Shown here in pieces: positions 61,504 through 64,000 of a stretch of DNA of 64,000 nucleotides. The DNA comes from an uncultured Myxococcales bacterium (GTDB lineage: Bacteria; Myxococcota_A; UBA9042; CAIXZC01): the NCBI GenBank assembly GCA_964626565.1, contig CAZVFX010000002.1, positions 4,822 through 68,821 on the forward strand, given 5' to 3'. Both the position numbers and the translations under genes were made by a program. The notes under the pieces are model-generated. The model saw nothing but the letters and a program-made list of their open reading frames with translations, did no database searches and was not told the DNA's origin. The stretch's first letter is position 1; each line of letters starts with the position of its first letter.

Positions 61504-63294
61504 ATGCCTTCGTTGGTACTGTTTCCCCGACCCGGGGTAAGAACAAGGCTCTTCAATATCTATCGCCGGATCACCACCATCGGCACCGCCTCCGATAACG
61601 AGATCGTGCTGGAAGACGACGACATAAAGGCCAACCATTGTCAGCTCTTCTTCGATGGCAAAAAGTACGTGATCTCCGCACTGGACCGCGGCGCCGACAC
61701 CTACGTCAACGGCAAGAAAACCCGCAAGCAGCAACTGCAGGATCAAGACGTGGTCAGGGTGGGGCGGTTTACCTTCCAGTTCAGTCTCTACGACATCCCT
61801 ACCGACGAGTTTACCTCATCGGACATCGGGGCCAGAGAGTCGGTGCGCAAGCTTCAGGAGTTCACCACCGCGCTCATGGAGGAGCGAGACCTCCAGGTGC
61901 TCATCGAACTGATGCTGGACCAACTTATCGAACTTACCGGCGCAGACAAGGGGTTTCTGTTCCTCGTCGACTCCATCGGCCAGCCCACCTTGCATTCCGC
62001 CCGTAACATAGACAAAGAGGCCGGCGTTCTGTCCGACGAAGGCTTCTCCGACTCCATCGTCCAGCACGTGGTCAAATCAGCACAACCTGTACTCATCTCC
62101 GATGCGCTCAGCGACACTCAGTTCCGCATGTCTCAGAGCGTGGTCAACCTGAAATTGTGCTCTGTCATGTGCGCACCCATGCTCTCCCGCACAGAACTGT
62201 CCGGCGTCATCTACCTGGGCAATGACAACGTGGTCAATCTGTTCGAGGAGGAATCGCTGGATATTCTCCACGTCTTCGCCAGCCAGGCGGCACTGTTGGT
62301 GAGAAACGCCATTCTCATCAATGAGCTGTCGGTGCGCAACGAAGAGTTGGAAGAAGAACTCCAGGAGATCAAGTTCGGCAAGATCATCGGCGCCAGCACC
62401 GCCATGAGAACCATCTTCAAGCGGGTAGAGCGGGTCGCCAGCACCGATATCAGTGTGCTGATTCGAGGGGAGACCGGCTCCGGAAAGGAACTCGTCGCCA
62501 AGGAGATACACCTGCGCTCCGACCGTGCGAGCGGCCCCTTTGTGGCCATCAACTGCGGTGCGATACCGGACAATCTGCTGGAGAGCGAGTTGTTCGGGCA
62601 TGAAAAAGGCGCGTACACCGGTGCTCATGCCGCAGCCCAAGGGAAATTCCAGGCTGCGCACAAAGGGACCTTGTTCCTCGACGAAATCGGCGATTTGCCC
62701 ATCACCCTGCAAGCCAAGATCCTCAGGGCCATAGAGCAGAAGCAGGTGGTCAGGGTTGGTGGGACCAAGTCGGAGGATGTCGACATCCGCATCGTTGCAG
62801 CCACCAACAAGAACCTCGAGGAGGCGGTCTCGGCCAACGAGTTCCGCCAGGATCTCTATTTCAGACTCAACGTCGTTACCGTGCTGCTGCCGCCGTTGCG
62901 TGACCGCGATGACGACGTCCTCCTCATTGCCAACTACTTCATTCAGCGCTTCATCGTCGAGTACAAGTCCAAGGCGAAGGGCTTCAGCCAGGGGGCGCTG
63001 GCCGCCATGAGGAGTTACTCCTGGCCGGGTAATGTTAGGGAGTTGGAGAACAAGATTCGCAAGGCGGTGGTGTTGTGCGACCGGGAATTGCTGGAACCCT
63101 CGGAACTGGAGATTCCCGATGAGGAGTTGAGCATCCTTCCGCTGGCCGACGCCAAGGAGGAGTTTCAGCGGGACTACGTAGCCCGCATCCTCGAACTCAA
63201 CCGGGGCAACAAGACGAAGACGGCGAGAGATCTCGGAGTGGACCCGAGGACGATTTTTAGATATCTTGAAAAGGAGCGCACCGAGGGAGAGTGA
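61504..63294 (+). CDS. Sigma-54-dependent transcriptional activator with N-terminal FHA domain, GAF domain, AAA+ sigma54-interaction domain and C-terminal Fis-type HTH.
   Basis: FHA (YRRITTIGTASDNEIVLEDDDIKANHCQLFFDGKKYVI). GAF (GADKGFLFLVD). GETGSGKELVAKEIH, ESELFGHEKGAYTGA (GAFTGA variant). HTH KTARDLGVDPRTIFRYL. Confidence 0.85.
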   Translation: MPSLVLFPRPGVRTRLFNIYRRITTIGTASDNEIVLEDDDIKANHCQLFFDGKKYVISALDRGADTYVNGKKTRKQQLQDQDVVRVGRFTFQFSLYDIPTDEFTSSDIGARESVRKLQEFTTALMEERDLQVLIELMLDQLIELTGADKGFLFLVDSIGQPTLHSARNIDKEAGVLSDEGFSDSIVQHVVKSAQPVLISDALSDTQFRMSQSVVNLKLCSVMCAPMLSRTELSGVIYLGNDNVVNLFEEESLDILHVFASQAALLVRNAILINELSVRNEELEEELQEIKFGKIIGASTAMRTIFKRVERVASTDISVLIRGETGSGKELVAKEIHLRSDRASGPFVAINCGAIPDNLLESELFGHEKGAYTGAHAAAQGKFQAAHKGTLFLDEIGDLPITLQAKILRAIEQKQVVRVGGTKSEDVDIRIVAATNKNLEEAVSANEFRQDLYFRLNVVTVLLPPLRDRDDDVLLIANYFIQRFIVEYKSKAKGFSQGALAAMRSYSWPGNVRELENKIRKAVVLCDRELLEPSELEIPDEELSILPLADAKEEFQRDYVARILELNRGNKTKTARDLGVDPRTIFRYLEKERTEGE

Positions 63295-63370
63295 AAAAAA
63301 TCACCACTCACGACAGCGGTGCCGCTCCGGCAGCTCATAATGATAGATAACAGCAGGTGTTTGTAAGTTT

Positions 63371-63958
63371 TTGTATGCAAAAGTATGCTTTTCTATTTGG
63401 GGGGATCGGGTGGCACGCAGGTTGCACTTAAGGGCACACCGATTGGCGGGCGTCGCATTTGCGGCACTGCTCGCCAGTGTTCTTTGGCAACCTGCGGGAT
63501 GCGTGATACCTCCTCCCGAGCCGGACGTCGTTCTGGAGAACAAGCCGCCGACCATTGATTGGACGTTGTGCGAGCCGTCGGCTCCTGAAGACCCGGTCGA
63601 CCGGAACGAGCAGCGGCACTTCAGTATCGCCAATGCGGTTTTTGACCCGGAGGGTGACGGCCTTTTCTTCCAGTGGTACTGGGTAAATGCGGAAGGGTAC
63701 GCCTACAATGTGGATGGCGATGAGACGCTCACTTTGAGGCCGTGCGACTTGAACGCTCTGGAAGACACCAGTTTTTTCATGGTCACGGTAGTGGCCAGCG
63801 ACCGCCGTCTCAAGTATGACAACGACAGCAAAGGTGCGCTGCTGGTGGAAGTGACCCCCTTGGAGGGGGAGGATTTCGACGAGATTCAGAGCCGGGTAGC
63901 GGTTCGAACCTGGTTCGTAGATTTTATCGACACCGCATTTTGCACGTTTCCGCAGTGA
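63371..63958 (+). CDS. Hypothetical lipoprotein.
   Basis: LLASVLWQPAGC lipobox-like signal. No family recognised. Confidence 0.45.
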   Translation: MYAKVCFSIWGDRVARRLHLRAHRLAGVAFAALLASVLWQPAGCVIPPPEPDVVLENKPPTIDWTLCEPSAPEDPVDRNEQRHFSIANAVFDPEGDGLFFQWYWVNAEGYAYNVDGDETLTLRPCDLNALEDTSFFMVTVVASDRRLKYDNDSKGALLVEVTPLEGEDFDEIQSRVAVRTWFVDFIDTAFCTFPQ

Positions 63959-64000
63959 GGTTTAATGGTGGGAAGATGATTTTCCGACGTGTACATATGG

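Noticed and set aside
63893-63912. GGTTCGAACC T-loop-like sequence suggesting a tRNA
   Set aside because: It lies inside a coding frame with no acceptor-stem complement or CCA context. No cloverleaf could be built.

Overview
This is a high-GC (~65%) bacterial chromosomal segment whose domain repertoire suggests a Myxococcota/deltaproteobacterial-type lineage. Supporting features are MopE-type Cys-rich metal-binding motifs, Myxococcus-type cysteine repeats, SdrD-B/DUF11 modules, an FHA-GAF sigma54 activator, and giant TPR and HEAT proteins. The lineage call is inference only. Coding density is high, with about 37 protein genes and no rRNA, tRNA or CRISPR detected. The window starts inside a >3000-aa repeat-built secreted adhesin-like protein (5' partial), followed convergently by a secreted protein made of 8 Cys-rich modules. 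A housekeeping block follows: ftsB, Sir2 deacylase, dual-specificity phosphatase, metallophosphoesterase, mutS2, a HAMP membrane protein and an acyl-CoA dehydrogenase. Next come a 1391-aa HEAT plus glycine-zipper-repeat protein and a translationally coupled 5-gene operon (MoaD/ThiS-like, HhH-containing outer-membrane barrel, Cys-rich GT-C PMT/ArnT-like glycosyltransferase, GT2 polyprenol-phosphate sugar synthase, polytopic membrane protein). A radical-SAM/SPASM enzyme on the minus strand is fused in-frame to a TM/lipobox-like segment, 19-aa tandem repeats and an extremely Cys-rich tail. A cobalamin riboswitch controls a btuB, beta-propeller lipoprotein, btuF, btuC, btuD uptake operon. An MNT/HEPN toxin-antitoxin cassette is inserted after btuD and flanked by ~49-bp direct repeats. 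Two tandem paralogous Fe-S (peptidase-U32-like) proteins follow, then secreted proteins (one with a proprotein-convertase P-domain), a membrane-fused spermidine-synthase-like protein, aspS, an SDR epimerase, a 1978-aa TPR lipoprotein and an FHA-GAF-sigma54 activator. Short heptanucleotide tandem-repeat arrays recur immediately after four stop codons. The most unusual items are the radical-SAM fusion, the TA-cassette insertion with its associated repeat family, the glycosylation/HhH-OMP operon, and the U32-like pair.
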